Assembly: GCA_964270895.1 (NCBI GenBank)
Contig: OZ185445.1
DNA length: 64,000 bases
DNA from: Podarcis filfolensis
Lineage: Eukaryota
Direction: 5' to 3' (one strand)
Positions 27,230 through 39,363 of this stretch are shown one piece after another. Below the pieces are notes generated by a model. It was given only the letters and a program-made list of their open reading frames with translations. It did no database searches and was not told the DNA's origin. Every line of letters starts with the position of its first letter. The first letter of the stretch is position 1. The translations under genes and the position numbers were made by a program.

Positions 27230-27900
27230 CAGCGTGAATTTAGAGCTGCATTCTAGATCTAGGAAAGGCGCAGCACCCGCTACCACGTGACACCTCGCCG
27301 TCCAATAGCGTTTCTCCCTCCGCGTTTTAATGGCGCGACGCCGCGGAGAAGCAAAAACGGTTCCTCAGTTAGCGATTTGCGGTGGCGCCTCAACTCGTGC
27401 GTCTCGCCCTCCGGTTGCTACTGCAGCGTTAGGCCACATTAAGCAGGTTTGTAGACGTCAAGAAGCCACTTCCCTTCCCCCTCCCTCTTAAGCCCACATA
27501 ACGCGCGAGAGGAAGGGAGGCGGGGGGAGGGGTGACAACGCAAGGACCTTCGGGAGTTGTAGTCTCGGAGCGCGGTGGCTGCTGGGTATTGCAGTCTGAG
27601 CTTGGAGATAACGCTCCTGCACATGCGTGTTGCATACTAGACAAGGCTACGCTGCTTGAAGACTTTTTGTGTCGATCGCCGCCTAGCGGTTGTTGCTATC
27701 AGTGTTATGTTGTTTTTAATTGCCGGCGTTTTTCTGAGCTTTGCGGCCAAATTGGGTACGGAGGGAGGAGAATGCCTGGCTCCGAAGCTGTAAATGGAAA
27801 TAAATCACTCTGTGGCGTGTGGATCCGCCGCACGCCTTTCAAATAATATATTTGTGTAACTCCCGTTTTACACACGCGCTACATCTTGCAATCGTGATAT
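27230..27900. promoter_or_regulatory. CpG island, probable RFESD promoter, with ACTACAAYTCCC-type (ZNF143/THAP11) motif at 27552-27563
   Basis: Dense CpG/GC stretch in AT-rich surroundings; gggagttgtagt is the reverse complement of ACTACAACTCCC. Nearest downstream gene is RFESD; assignment is inferred. Confidence 0.6.
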
Positions 27901-28310
27901 TCTTTGCAAAGTGATACCTATTCAAAGAAGCAGGGATATTTTAAACAGTGCATTTAACCTGGTAGATTTCTGCAGTTTGATTGTTAAGAGTGCTGTGTAG
28001 CATGGGTGAAATTTTATATTTACATTTGCCGCAAGGAGCTAAACTAAATCGATAAGGGTCTCAGGTTTCTCTGTTCATGTTTCAAAAAATGGACATTCTC
28101 TAATTATGAGCTACTCCTGTTAGACACATGTAATTTACAGTACAGCAAAGTTGTGGCTCAGTTATAGCTATATAACCACTCTAGCCAATTACTCTAAAAA
28201 TGTACTGCAAAAACAGCAGGAGGCAGTGAATCCTCTGTCATAATGCCCATTAATTCCAGTGGTCTACTCTTGAGTAACACAGGATACAAATGACCGTAAG
28301 ACTCGCATAG

Positions 28311-29632
28311 CAGCAGCTTTCGACATGGTCGATCACGAACTTCTGGACCACCGCCTTGCCGACGTGGGGATCCAGGGCACAGTCCTTCAATGGCTGCGCT
28401 CGTTTCTCTCTGGTCGGGGACAGAGGGTGGCGCTTGGGGGGGAATTGTCATCGCGCCACTCCTTGGTGTGTGGAGTACCTCAGGGTGCGATACTCTCCCC
28501 GATGCTTTTCAACATCTTTATGCGCCCCCTCGCCCAGCTTGTCCGGAGTTTTGGGCTGGGTTGCCATCAGTATGCCGATGACACCCAACTCTATCTGTTG
28601 ATGGATGGCCATCCTGACTCGGCCCCAGACACACTGACCAGATGTCTGGAAGCTGTGCCTGGATGGTTACGTGGGAGCCGGTTGAAGTTAAATCCTTCGA
28701 AGACAGAGGTCCTCTGGCTGGGACGGGACGATATGGGATTGAGGGGGCAACTCCCATCTTTTGCGGGGGCGCAATTAGTGCCAGCACCGTCCGTTAAGAG
28801 TTTGGTTGTAATCTTCGACACCTCCCTTTCCATGGAGGTGCAGATTGCAGCTATAACAAAGGCGGCATTTTTCCATCTCCGCCAAGTTAAGCAGTTGGCT
28901 CCTTACCTCTCTCGCCCTGACCTAGCCACTGTGATCCACGCGACGGTCACCTCCAGACTGGATTATTGTAACTCGCTCTACGTGGGGCTGCCCTTGAGAC
29001 TGACCCAGAAACTCCAGCGTGTGCAGAATGCTGCAGCGAGACTCCTTACGGGGTCTTCGCTGCGAGATCACATTCACCCGGTGCTATACCAGCTGCACTG
29101 GCTCCCGGTGGAGTACAGGATCAGGTTTAAGGTGCTGGTTTTAACCTTTAAAGCCCTATACGGCCTAGGACCCTCGTACCTACGGGACCGCCTCTCCTGG
29201 TATGCCCCACAGAGAAACTTACGGTCTTCAAATAAAAACATCTTGAAGGTCCCAGGCCACAGAAAAGTTAGGCTGGCCTCAACTAGAGCCAGGGCTTTTT
29301 CGGCTGTGGCTCCGACCTGGTGGAACACTCTGTCACAAGAGACTAGGGCCCTGCGGGACTTGACATCTTTCCGCAGGGCCTGCAAGACAGAGCTGTTCCG
29401 CCAGGCCTTTGGCCAGGGCACAGCCTGACTCCCTCCCTCGGCAATCTTCGCGGAGCTCTGGCACAATGGTGGCCAGTGGCTTGAATTTAATTAATTTTAT
29501 AATGAATGATTTTAGAGTGTTGTTTGTGTTGTACTTTTGTACTGTTTTATTGTTGTTAGCTGCCCTGAGCCCGGCTTTGGCTGGGGAGGGCGGGATATAA
29601 ATAAAATTTATTATTATTATATTATTATAATA
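28311..29632 (+). mobile_element. 5'-truncated L2/CR1-group LINE with open 367-codon RT C-terminal ORF
   Basis: AAFDMVDH...GVPQGAILSPMLFNIF...YADDTQLY...LKLNPSKTE...SRLDYCNSL; frame open to its stop at 29428; (TTA)-rich tail. Confidence 0.92.
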
Positions 29633-29893
29633 CGATATCATAGAGCCCCATCCAGGCTGTACTTCATGAATGCTGTTAGCTGCCCACAGCTGTCTGCTTG
29701 TAGCAAAGCTGCCAGAAAGAAGGGGAAGTGATTAGATTAGATTAGAAGGACAGCTCCTCACCCCAAAACAGCACACACAGGAGTGGGTGAAGATGATCTA
29801 ATGAGAGACTGGATTATGGCCATGATATATTTTTCTAAGTTACTTGACTTGACTTGATTTTTTTAAAGAATAATTGTGCCTATTATATTATTA

Positions 29894-30021
29894 TAGCTCA
29901 GTTGGTAGAGCATTTGACTCCTAATCTCAGGGTCTTGGGTTCGAGTTTCATGTTGGGCAAAAGATTCCTGCATTGCAGGGGGTTGAACTAGATGACCTCC
30001 CAATTCTACAATTCTGTGATT
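29894..30021 (+). mobile_element. tRNA-Lys-derived SINE with CR1-like tail
   Basis: TAGCTCAGTTGGTAGAGCA...GGTTCGAG head followed by AAAAGATTCCTGCATTGCAGGGGGTTG...TTCTGTGATT. Confidence 0.7.
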
Positions 30022-31106
30022 ATCACAATGTATGTTTTAAGCTTTATATGATTTCAGTGGCAACTTAATACTCCTCCCCACTTCCTATCTTATTCCATAG
30101 ATTTCTCGAAAGCTTTATAAATTGGGAAGGATTCTTGTGTGTTTCACATTATATAAATCCCACATGTGGTGTTTTTCTTTTTTTATATATTTCAATAAGT
30201 ATGTAATAAACCACACTTGGATGACTTTTGGCTTCTAAGCCATCTGGCTTATTTTAAGTTAAAGTTAGATATTAGGCAGAGAACAACTTTAAAAAATGTG
30301 CATTCTGAAGATGTGCAAGTGAGAAGAACCCATTTTCTTTCAGGTGGTTGCCCCAGAGAGGGGTAAGATCTAGTTATTAACATACAGTAAGGATTATCAT
30401 TGCATCACAGTGGAGTTGGCAACTTCAACCGCTACTAGGTGGTTCTCTCCCCTCCCGCTTCACATTTCTGTATTCTGAACACAATGCTTCTATGGATGCT
30501 GTGCCAGTATGTTTACTTCCAGGCAGTTCTTTCCTTGTTCATCATAAATCTCAGAGTGTTCCCAGCTAAGAGTCTGCTTGGCAGTAGGAAGGGTGACTCA
30601 CAGGAAGAATGAAAGCTGGGAAACACAAGTTAATCGAATTTGCTGTAGACATCGGCGAGTGTCCACAGCTGGCCTTCTCCCATTGCAGCTGAAATCCTTT
30701 TACACTCTCCGTACTGAGAGTTTTTATGGCCAATTTACACAGACGCTGCTACGAGCTACACACCTGTATGAGCAATCAGATTCCACTTGCTTGTGGCTGA
30801 ATAAGGATTGTATTGGTGTGCTGGGAACTGCATAGATTAAATATTTCAAAGCTTCTGTGATAGCACGAAGCCCATTCATCTCACTGGGATTATGTCTGCA
30901 AAAGATGTGGGGTTCTGATGTTGCTTGGGGCAGTATTGTTTCACTGCAATGAGTGGAGGCCTTTTGGAGCCTGATCCTATATATGCATGTTTGTCTGAGA
31001 GTGAGTTCTCAAAGTTCAGTTGTACTGTTTATACACCACTTTGACTTGTACAAGACTGGCACACTTGTCTAGTATTGGATTTATAGTTGGCCTCTATTCA
31101 TTGTTA

Positions 31107-31490
31107 GGGACGCGGGTGGCGCTGTGGGTTAAACCACAGAGCCTAGGACTTGCCAATCAGAAGGTCGGCGGTTCGAATCCCCGCGATGGGGTGAGCTCCT
31201 GTTGCTCGGTCCCTGCTCCTGCCAACCTAGCAGTTCGAAAGCACGTCATCGTGCAAGTAGATAAATAGGTATTCATTAGTAACAATGAATAGGTAAAGGT
31301 AAAGGGATCCCTGACCATTAGGGATCTGGTTCCGTGCGCTGCTCTGGTTCACCAGAAGCGGCTTAGTCATGCTGGCTACATGACCCGGAAGCTGTACGCC
31401 GGCTCCCTTGGCCAGTAAAGCGAGATGAGCGCTGCAACCCCAGAGTCGGTCACGACTGGACCTAATGGTCAGGGATCCCTTTACCTTTAC
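31107..31490 (+). mobile_element. Sauria-type SINE with internal inverted templated insertion
   Basis: 13-bp TSD CTATTCATTGTTA at 31094-31106 and 31491-31503; 31271-31322 is the reverse complement of 31461-31512. Confidence 0.88.
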
Positions 31491-31551
31491 CTATTCATTG
31501 TTACAAATGAATTTAGGAAACAGGATGTTTTATCAGAAAAATAAAGCACTG

Positions 31552-31553
<2 letters not shown>

Positions 31554-31585
<32 letters not shown>
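31554..31585. repeat. (GT)n microsatellite (others at about 18951-18976 and 27049-27077)
   Basis: Direct reading. Confidence 0.9.
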
Positions 31586-31587
<2 letters not shown>

Positions 31588-33512
31588 AAATTCACCCTTG
31601 ATCATGGGCAACAGTAGCTGCCCGAGTGCCTGGGGAAACCCAGTCAGGTGGGCGGGGTACAAATAAATCTTATTTGGGATGGCAGTCCCATATGTGTTTC
31701 ACAAGCTGGTCTCCGACCGTAATAATAAATTGTTGTTGTTGTTGTTAAGCCTGAGACATGAGTAATATTTTCATCATTGCGATCCAGCATTCCTGGAGGA
31801 GGCAGGTTTGGGGCTACTTCTTTATTTTAAAAAACATGTTTTTATTTATTTTTCATGGTACAGAAGATACATGTTGTTACGACAGTAAACAACAAACAAC
31901 TTGTCATGATAAAATTGCAGTCTTTGGTCATGCTCCGTGATAAAGTTTCATTTGATTACAGTACTCTAAAAGATCTAGTTGCTTTAGGTTAGGGGTTACT
32001 TTTAAGGTGAACAAGTGATTATCTAAAACGTCCTTATCAATTCAGTGCAGCCTGGTTCTCAATTTTCCTATCTGCTCTGGCAGGATGCATCTTCTCCCAA
32101 GTCACGTCACTGTGTGAAGGCTCTGCGAAAACATCTTTCCCAGTAAAGAACTTCTCTGTATAAAGGCATACGTGGTGGATATGACCTTTGGAAGCTGATG
32201 ATTCAGAACTTTCGCCCACCTCTTACAATCTTCCTTCTATATTTCTGTGACAATACAACTTCTGTGTCATTTGCCACACTACTGTCTTAGAGAATCACCA
32301 TTCAGATTTCCCTGGGAATGTGAATCTGCCACTTTCCACACAGGTACCATTCTTAACAATAGTTTTTAAATGCAGTGCCTCTGGCTTTTCATTTAAAGGT
32401 GTTTCTGATTGTGAAATATAATTAAAGTAGATTCAGAAAGTATCTTGTTTTCTCTCTTTCATATGTATTATTTTGTACTATTTTGTACGTCTTCCATTGT
32501 GAAAGTTTAAGATATTGCCTGTAATTATATGTATTCTTTCATCTTGTGCTGCTAAGTATTTCCTTTTATCTTATTCTACAATTCTATGCATGCCTAATGC
32601 AGTGAATTCACATTGAACTCACTGGGGCTCATTTAGTGTTGGTTTGTAAGCTGGAAAGTATTATAAGCTAAGACCGAAGACGAGACACAGTGACTGCAGA
32701 TCTGACAGTTATGCAATTTACTCCGCTGTCTCTTAGATTGCAGCTTTAAGCACTCAGAAAATCATTAAACACTTTATCTGTTCTGGCTCTCAAAACACAT
32801 TTTTGTGCAATATGTTTTTTTAAAAAACAACCCAAGAACTGTGTATTATACAACAAAATTAACAGCTGTCACTGATGGCAAAATGAATGTGAATTTTTTC
32901 CTCCAGTTCAGGCTGTCCTATATGCTTTATAACTTAGTTTTTGGCTGCCACTGCATCCTCAGAACTCGTGACAAGTTGTAAAATCAAGGTTTTTGCATAC
33001 CTTTGAACAAATAATACCCTGTTGTCACAGAATGAAAATGGACAGCATTTCAGAAAAGAAAAAATTTCATGCACACCAAACCTCCACCCTTTACTTTAGC
33101 TTTTGATTAACATTCTGCTATTGCTGTGGAAAGTTGTTCCTATGTTGGTGCCATGAACAAGGGCTACTTGTTTCAATATACTGGCCATCAGATGAGGACT
33201 TTATCCTTGTGACTCTGTCCTTACAGGATAAGCCATTTGCATTCAACAGCTTGCCACATAGATCAGATAACCTTTAAAAAATTCACACCACCATACGTGG
33301 ATAAAAGATAGGGTGAAAATCGTCCAGTTCACAGATTGGATCGCCACACACATGAATGGATGAATCCCTCTTTTTAAAATACGCAGTCTACAGTAAATTT
33401 CAGAAAGGTTTTCAAATGCCGAACAGGATGTACGTATGGCTTTATTTTTATTCACCCTTTCCATATCATGCTTGAAATAGGAGGATACCATTTGATCCAC
33501 ATAAAATAAATA

Positions 33513-33748
33513 CAGTGGTACCTTGGTTTAAGAACAGCCCTGTTTACGAACTATTCGGTTTACGAACTCCACAAAACCAGAAGTAGTGTCCCAGTTTGCA
33601 AACTTTACCTTGGTCTAAGAACGGAAGCCGAACGGTGGAAGGGCACTGGGAGCCGGAGGCCTCACTAGGGAAAGCTCAGTTTAAGAACAGTTTTGGTTTA
33701 AGAACAGACTTCCGGAATGCATTAAGTTTGTAAACTGAGGTACCACTG
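33513..33748. mobile_element. Tc1/mariner-type MITE
   Basis: TA|CAGTGGTACC...GGTACCACTG|TA. Confidence 0.82.
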
Positions 33749-33890
33749 TATATTGTTTGTTTGCAGTGAAAGTTCTTTGTGCACCAGCTATAAATGGGGG
33801 CCAGTAATGGCTGTGATTTTCTTTCCTCAACATGGTTATTTCTGACAGTCGTATTAAGTAATATAATGCATTTTCTCCTGCTTTCAGAAT

Positions 33891-34068
33891 ATGAATGAGG
33901 ACAGAGCTGTTGAAATGTCTAAAAAGAAGGAAGACAGAAGTCCAGTTTGTGTTGGCAGAGAAGATGATATTAAAAAACTACGAAGGACAACAGTGGTCAT
34001 CCATGACAGAGAAGTTGTTGTCTTCTATCACGATGGAAGGTTTTATGCTCTGGATTGCCGCTGTTACC
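33891..34068 (+). CDS. RFESD: Rieske Fe-S domain-containing protein, first coding exon
   Basis: tttcag|aat ATG AAT GAG...TGT TAC C|gtaag; VCVGREDDIKK...HDREVVVFYHDGRFYALDCRCY. Join 33891-34068,34164-34198,40479-40748 gives 160 aa with Rieske ligands CYH and CPWH. Confidence 0.95.
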
Positions 34069-34163
34069 GTAAGAATTTTTCCGAAGATAGTGTTTTTGGA
34101 ACAACTTTAAACGTTAGCTAGTTTGAGCCTCTGCTCTAATTTTGTATTCTGTTCTTTTAACAG

Positions 34164-34198
34164 ATACAGGAGGTCCCTTACATGAAGGAGATATAGAG
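34164..34198 (+). CDS. RFESD: RFESD 35-nt coding exon
   Basis: aacag|AT ACA GGA GGT CCC TTA CAT GAA GGA GAT ATA GAG|gtatg = HTGGPLHEGDIE. Confidence 0.93.
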
Positions 34199-34335
34199 GT
34201 ATGCAAATACAGTACTTCCCCATTCAGAACCTTCTGATAAATAAGAATGCTATTAACATAATGCGACAGTAATGCAGTACTACTGTGCATATACAGGGTG
34301 AGTCTTTTAAAAGAGGGCCCCATGGAACATGTGTA

Positions 34336-34576
34336 CAGTGGTACCTCGGGTTACATACACTTCATGTTACAAACGCTTCAGGTTACAGACTCCGCTAACC
34401 AGAAATAGTACCTCGGGTTAAGAACTTTGCTTCAGGATGAGAACAGAAATCCTGCTTCGGCAGCGCAGTGGCAGAGGGAGGCCCCATTAGCTAAAGTGGT
34501 GCTTCAGGTTAAGAACAGTTTCAGGTTAACAACAGATCTCCAGAACAAATTAAGTTCTTAACCCGAGGTACTACTG
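34336..34576. mobile_element. Tc1/mariner-type MITE
   Basis: TA|CAGTGGTACCTCGGG...CCCGAGGTACTACTG|TA. Confidence 0.82.
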
Positions 34577-34745
34577 TACAGGCCTCTCCATCCTCCCTTC
34601 AGCACTGCCAACTGAAAAAAAGAGTGATACTGCCTTTTTATTTAGGGAGTTATAGTTCTGAATTTAAAAAGGAACGTCCAAGAAACAAAAGTGACATCTG
34701 AGGGTCAGGGGTGCCTTTACCCTTATTGCGTACAAGGGAGCATTA

Positions 34746-34985
34746 TTATTCATTTTCTTTATCTATTGCCAAAAGTAGTGTTTGGATGCTTCCTCTGCTT
34801 GGTGATTCCTTAATAGTCAACTCTGAAGATACTTGGTGTGTGGAGGAAGTTGCAGAGTCGTTTGCCATTTCCTTGACTCTGGGAAATCCATCTGCGTCAA
34901 GACCATCACTGCTGCTTTCCCTGGAGCTCTTTTTTGTTTCAGTTATACTTTTAATTCTTCCCAGTGCTTTATTAATGGAGACTGC
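34746..34985 (-). CDS. SPATA9: SPATA9 copy 1, last coding exon
   Basis: tacag|GCA GTC TCC ATT AAT AAA...TAA; AVSINKALGRIKSI resembles human AVCVNAVLKKVKNI; remainder divergent and Ser/Glu-rich. Confidence 0.82.
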   Translation of the reverse strand, partial: AVSINKALGRIKSITETKKSSRESSSDGLDADGFPRVKEMANDSATSSTHQVSSELTIKESPSRGSIQTLLLAIDKENE

Positions 34986-35123
34986 CTGTATACACATAAG
35001 AGGTACATTTTTTAGCATAAGGAAATGGAAAGGTTTGGAATCCTCTGCATTTCTGCCTAACTTTAAGAGATACAGTTTTGCAGTATAGCCGTACTTGGTT
35101 AGGATGCATTACTTGTATCAATA

Positions 35124-35364
35124 CAGTCGTACCTTGGTTTGTGAACGCCTTGCGAGTCGAATGTTTTGGCACCTGAACAACGCAAACCTGGGAGTGAGTG
35201 TTCCAGTTTGCAAACGTTCTTTAGAACCCGAACATCCGACGCGGCTTCTGATTGGCTGCAGAAGCTTCCTACAGCCAATCGGAAGCCGCACCTTGGTTTC
35301 TGAACATTTTGGAAGTCAAACGGGCTTCTGGAACGGATTCCATTTGACTTCCGAGGTACCGCTG
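35124..35364. mobile_element. Tc1/mariner-type MITE (predates the duplication; truncated counterpart at about 44103-44256)
   Basis: TA|CAGTCGTACC...GGTACCGCTG|TA. Confidence 0.8.
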
Positions 35365-35914
35365 TACATCAAATGCCTGGGGGAAAGGATAGAATCATGA
35401 TGGGGATGAGGTGAGCAGATCACACTTTGAAAATTTCCGGACTGGTTTCAGTCTAAAATGCTGTGTGTGTATATGTGTGTGTGTGTTGTCCTACCCCTTG
35501 AACCATCCCATCAAGGAATGCTGCATGTGGTCAACACTTGTTCTCATGAACACTTTTAATAAATGCTGGCATATTGACAGTTGGATGATTATCCTCTTGA
35601 GGTTTAAGGATGAGTGACACTTGATTCTGCTTTAGTGCCAGTGGCAGTTTCTGGCCTGTCTTGAATAGCTGCCCTTTGCAGAGTGCAATAGCAACAGCCT
35701 AAATTACAGGTTACCCGTGTATATGCTACTGTAGGTAGGCAATGTTGGTCGAGGAAAGGTCACAGCTAGCATGCCAGCTACAGCTGTGCATTGGTAATGT
35801 GCACTAAAAGGGTGCACAGTAATGGAAGAATAATGCATGGCTTCAATTCTTTGCTGAAGGGAAGGGGAAGCACGAAACAAGAAGGATCAGAAAGAACAGT
35901 ATTTACGAACCTAC

Positions 35915-36010
35915 CAGATAAATTAGTGCTGCATAAGAAATGCACATTATACCAGTGAGGGCGGTCTTCGTTGGATAGGAAAGGACATCATAAAGGAACA
36001 TGGATTTTTC
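35915..36010 (-). CDS. SPATA9: SPATA9 copy 1, coding exon 4 (hydrophobic, predicted transmembrane segment)
   Basis: ctacag|GAA AAA...TAT CTG|gtagg = [32 protein letters not shown] (human ...[21 protein letters not shown]). Confidence 0.93.
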
Positions 36011-36016
36011 CTGTAG

Positions 36017-36258
36017 AGAAGAAGAAGATGAGTTTGGACTTGATATCCTGCCTTTCACTCCCCTTAAGGAGTCTCAAAGCGGCTAACAATCTCCTTCCCC
36101 TTCATCCCCCACAACAAACACTCTGTGAGGTGAGTGAGGCTGAGAGACTTCAGAGAAGTATGACTGGCCCAAGGTCACCCAGCAGCTGCATGTGGAGGAG
36201 CGGGGAAGCGAACCCAGTTCACCAGATTACGAGTCCACTGCTCTTAACCACTACACCA
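36017..36258 (-). mobile_element. tRNA-headed SINE (Squam3-like) with (TCT)n tail abutting the SPATA9 exon 4 acceptor; duplicate at 44737-44978
   Basis: Minus strand reads TGGTGTAGTGGTTAAGAGC...GGTTCGCTTCCCC (A/B boxes)...TCTTCTTCT. Confidence 0.72.
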
Positions 36259-37162
36259 AGCTGGGATTCAAAGTCAAGGGATTCATTCTTCTGCCATATT
36301 GCAGTTTGGTATACATGATCCTTTCAAAGTTTAGCACTTTTAAGTTCCTTTTTTTTGAACGGGAGAGTTAACACCTTGCTTATATCTTCCTTATTTAAAT
36401 CAATGGGACATAAAGCTCAACATGGATAACAAGCTAATATTCACATGCTAGACAGTTCCTAAATATTTCCATGCAGAGCTCCTGATGTGGTTTATTAACT
36501 CTCTGTGCGCCCACACACTATCACTGCTGCCCCAGACAAATTATTGGGGAAGATCAGGTTTACAAATTGACAGGTCATTATGTAAATCCTAAACATATTT
36601 CATGAAAATAGTTCCCATTGATTTCAATAGAACATAAGGCTACAAGCCCATGTCCCATATTGACATGGGAGTAAACTTTTGAACTCAGTGGGACTTAGTT
36701 TTTAGCAAATATGCACAAAGCACTAGTCTCTAATCCACAAGCCTGTACCACAATATATCTATTAGTCTGCCACAAGATTCCTTTTTGTTTGTTTGTGCTG
36801 TAATATGCTATCACTGGAACATTGGAAGCTGCCATACTGAATCTTATCTCATACTGAATCCTTGTCTGCACAAGGAAGATCAAAGTGTATGTGAATGTTT
36901 AAAAAAAAGGTCTTTGCACCTAACATTTTTAGAGCAAATAGCATCAGCTGATAAGGCTTATAATTATGAAAATCTCAAGATGGCATGGAGGAGGAAATTT
37001 TACCTTCTCATCCTCTGTTGTGGTGCTGAGGAAAATCCCTCACACACTCACTTAGAACTCACTTAGAAAATATGAGATGTTTATGTTGAAATTCCTAATA
37101 AAGATATTTTTTTAAAAAAAGAAAAGAAAATATGAGATGGAGCAGTCACACCCATTGCCTAC

Positions 37163-37390
37163 CTTCACTTTATAAAGAGGTTGTTTGGGAGCATTCAGTT
37201 TCTGCAAGAGACGATGTGATAGCCTATGCAGCCCTGCCAATTTTTGAATGAGGTGTGGCTGCACGAATTTTGCAATTGATTTTGAAGAGCGGGAGAGATG
37301 AGCTAGCCCATGCCTAATCATTACGGCATGAGCGGAAGAGAACACTCTCGCCACAACAGACCTAGACTCCTGCACGGTGCGATTGCTGTC
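37163..37390 (-). CDS. SPATA9: SPATA9 copy 1, coding exon 3
   Basis: ttcag|GAC AGC...GTG AAG|gtagg; GLAHLSRSSKSIAKFVQPHL...LNAPKQPLYKVK (human [20 protein letters not shown]...VNAPRQPLYNIQ). Confidence 0.92.
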
Positions 37391-38367
37391 CTGAAATATA
37401 AGTCAATACAAGGAGGGAGAGAAAAAAAATAGTCAAATTACGGTACTCTGGGGGGGGGGAGGCCTAGAACAGAGAAAGCCAGTTGATGCATCAACTAGCT
37501 TCTTGCAATGTACAAGGGAATGTGCTCTGCTACTAGCTCACTAGCATGAGTGAGGAAGGATAATATTTAATCAATATATTCTCTCCTACTATCCTCAACA
37601 TTCCCACACTGGGCCCCATTGCTGATGTAGTAATAGTTTGCCATTGGGGACAATGAATATATGATGAGATCTGCAAACATCTGACCCTGGCATTCATTCA
37701 TTTATTATATTATATTAATATCTCACTTTTAATCCAAGGAGCTGAAGATGGCATAAATGGATCTCTCCCTTCCCACAACCCTGTGGGGGAGGTTAGGCTG
37801 AGAGACAGTGACTGGGCTGTCATCCAGGGACTTCATGGCTTAGTGGGAATTTGAACCCTGGTCCCCCCTAGTCCAACATTCCAGCAAATGCACCAAGTTG
37901 ACATGTATTTTAGACAATTATTCACAGAAACACCAGTAGGGGGGAAATTAGCATTACTACCCTTGGGCTCTTTACTAAAGAACATTGTATGCCGTAGAAC
38001 TTTAGACTGCTTTAGAAACATCAGTTTAACCTTGCTTACTTGGATTAATTAGTCAAAACTCAATAGATGCACACACGGGTATGCTTATTTTGGGGATTTA
38101 GTAATAATATGGTTTTTATCATCATTGGATAAAAATGATACGTGTGTGTGTAGCAGCTTTCTGGAGGTATGCTATACCAAAACTTGTCTCCCCTGAATAT
38201 ATTAATTATTTTTCTAACTTTGTGTATAACTTTGTGTATAAGTAAAACATTAAGCTGAAACTTTGCTGAGTTTGTAGCAAATGCAGTCTTTAACAGACTA
38301 TTGTATAAATAAACTTAACTTTCAAATTAATAGTGAAAGAGTATTAGTATTAGCTAAGAAACATTAC

Positions 38368-38456
38368 CTGGTTTGAGCTTGTCAGTCTCAGTAAATTGGG
38401 GAATTCATCCCTAATCTCATCTATAATTTCCAAGAAGAGTCTCTGTATTATCTGGG
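38368..38456 (-). CDS. SPATA9: SPATA9 copy 1, coding exon 2
   Basis: ttcag|CC CAG ATA...AAC CAG|gtaat = QIIQRLFLEIIDEIRDEFPNLLRLTSSNQ (human DEFKDEFPTILRLSQSNQ). Confidence 0.9.
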
Positions 38457-38765
38457 CTGAATTGAAAAACAGTAGTCAAAAAGAATAAAGCGCCTGTCTT
38501 CAAAATTATACTTATCGTGTAAGCATTGTTCAGACATGAAATATTGTTCAGACATGAAATTCCACAGGCCAGAGAGGCATTGAGGGCCATATTTGGCCCC
38601 CAGGAATGAGGTTCCCTACCCCTGGCCTATCTGGTAGGAACAGGTTTTTTTTTTAAAAAAAAAATCAAGTACAGAGGTGTAAAGAAGGCAGTGTTCCCAG
38701 AATCCAGGATTTGAGAACTCATTTCCATTCGGGGATTCAAGACTCAGAAACAGAGTAGCTCATAC

Positions 38766-38826
38766 CTTGTCCAGCAAATTTGTTGACCAGCTGTCCACAT
38801 ATCCAGCCAATTGGCCTGAAAGACAT
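38766..38826 (-). CDS. SPATA9: SPATA9 copy 1, first coding exon
   Basis: ATG TCT TTC AGG CCA ATT GGC TGG ATA TGT GGA CAG...G|gtatg = MSFRPIGWICGQLVNKFAGQ (recalled human [20 protein letters not shown]). Five-exon join of 61+89+228+96+240 nt gives 237 aa, open frame. Confidence 0.9.
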
Positions 38827-39137
38827 CCTGCATGCCCTGGTGTCTATCTACAGCTCCTGAATTTAGCCTAATCTGGTTTTATGCCATATATGTATGACAA
38901 TACGCCATACATGTGTGTATCTCCACCTCCAAGGCAATAAACCTTTATGAGAACACAATGTGCCTCTTAAGCACAGTGCCTCCTTGACTCCTGACATCAT
39001 GTGTACACAAGAAAATAGCCCCCCCCAAATCACTGTAGTCTCAACAACCAGGACTTTCAAATATGATCATTCCAAAATAACATAATGTAAAAACCAATGG
39101 CTTTCTTTTTACATCACAGAAACCACATTAACAAGTA

Positions 39138-39363
39138 CAGTGGTACCTCAGGTTACATACGCTTCAGGTTACACACTCCGCTAACCCAGAAATAGTGCTT
39201 CAGGTTAAGAACTTTGCTTCAGGATAAGAACAGAAATCAGGCTCCAGCGGTGCAGTGGCAGCAGGAGGCCCCATTAGCTAAAGTGGTGCTTCAGGTTAAG
39301 TACAGTTTCAGGTTAAGAACGGACCTCCGGAACGAATTAAGTACTTAACCCGAGGTACCACTA
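39138..39363. mobile_element. Tc1/mariner-type MITE, same subfamily as 34336-34576
   Basis: TA|CAGTGGTACCTCAGG...CCCGAGGTACCACTA|TA. Confidence 0.8.

Noticed and set aside
29894-29965. tRNA-Lys-like sequence
   Set aside because: Acceptor stem and arms are degenerate and it runs into a CR1-like tail, so it is a SINE head and not a tRNA gene.
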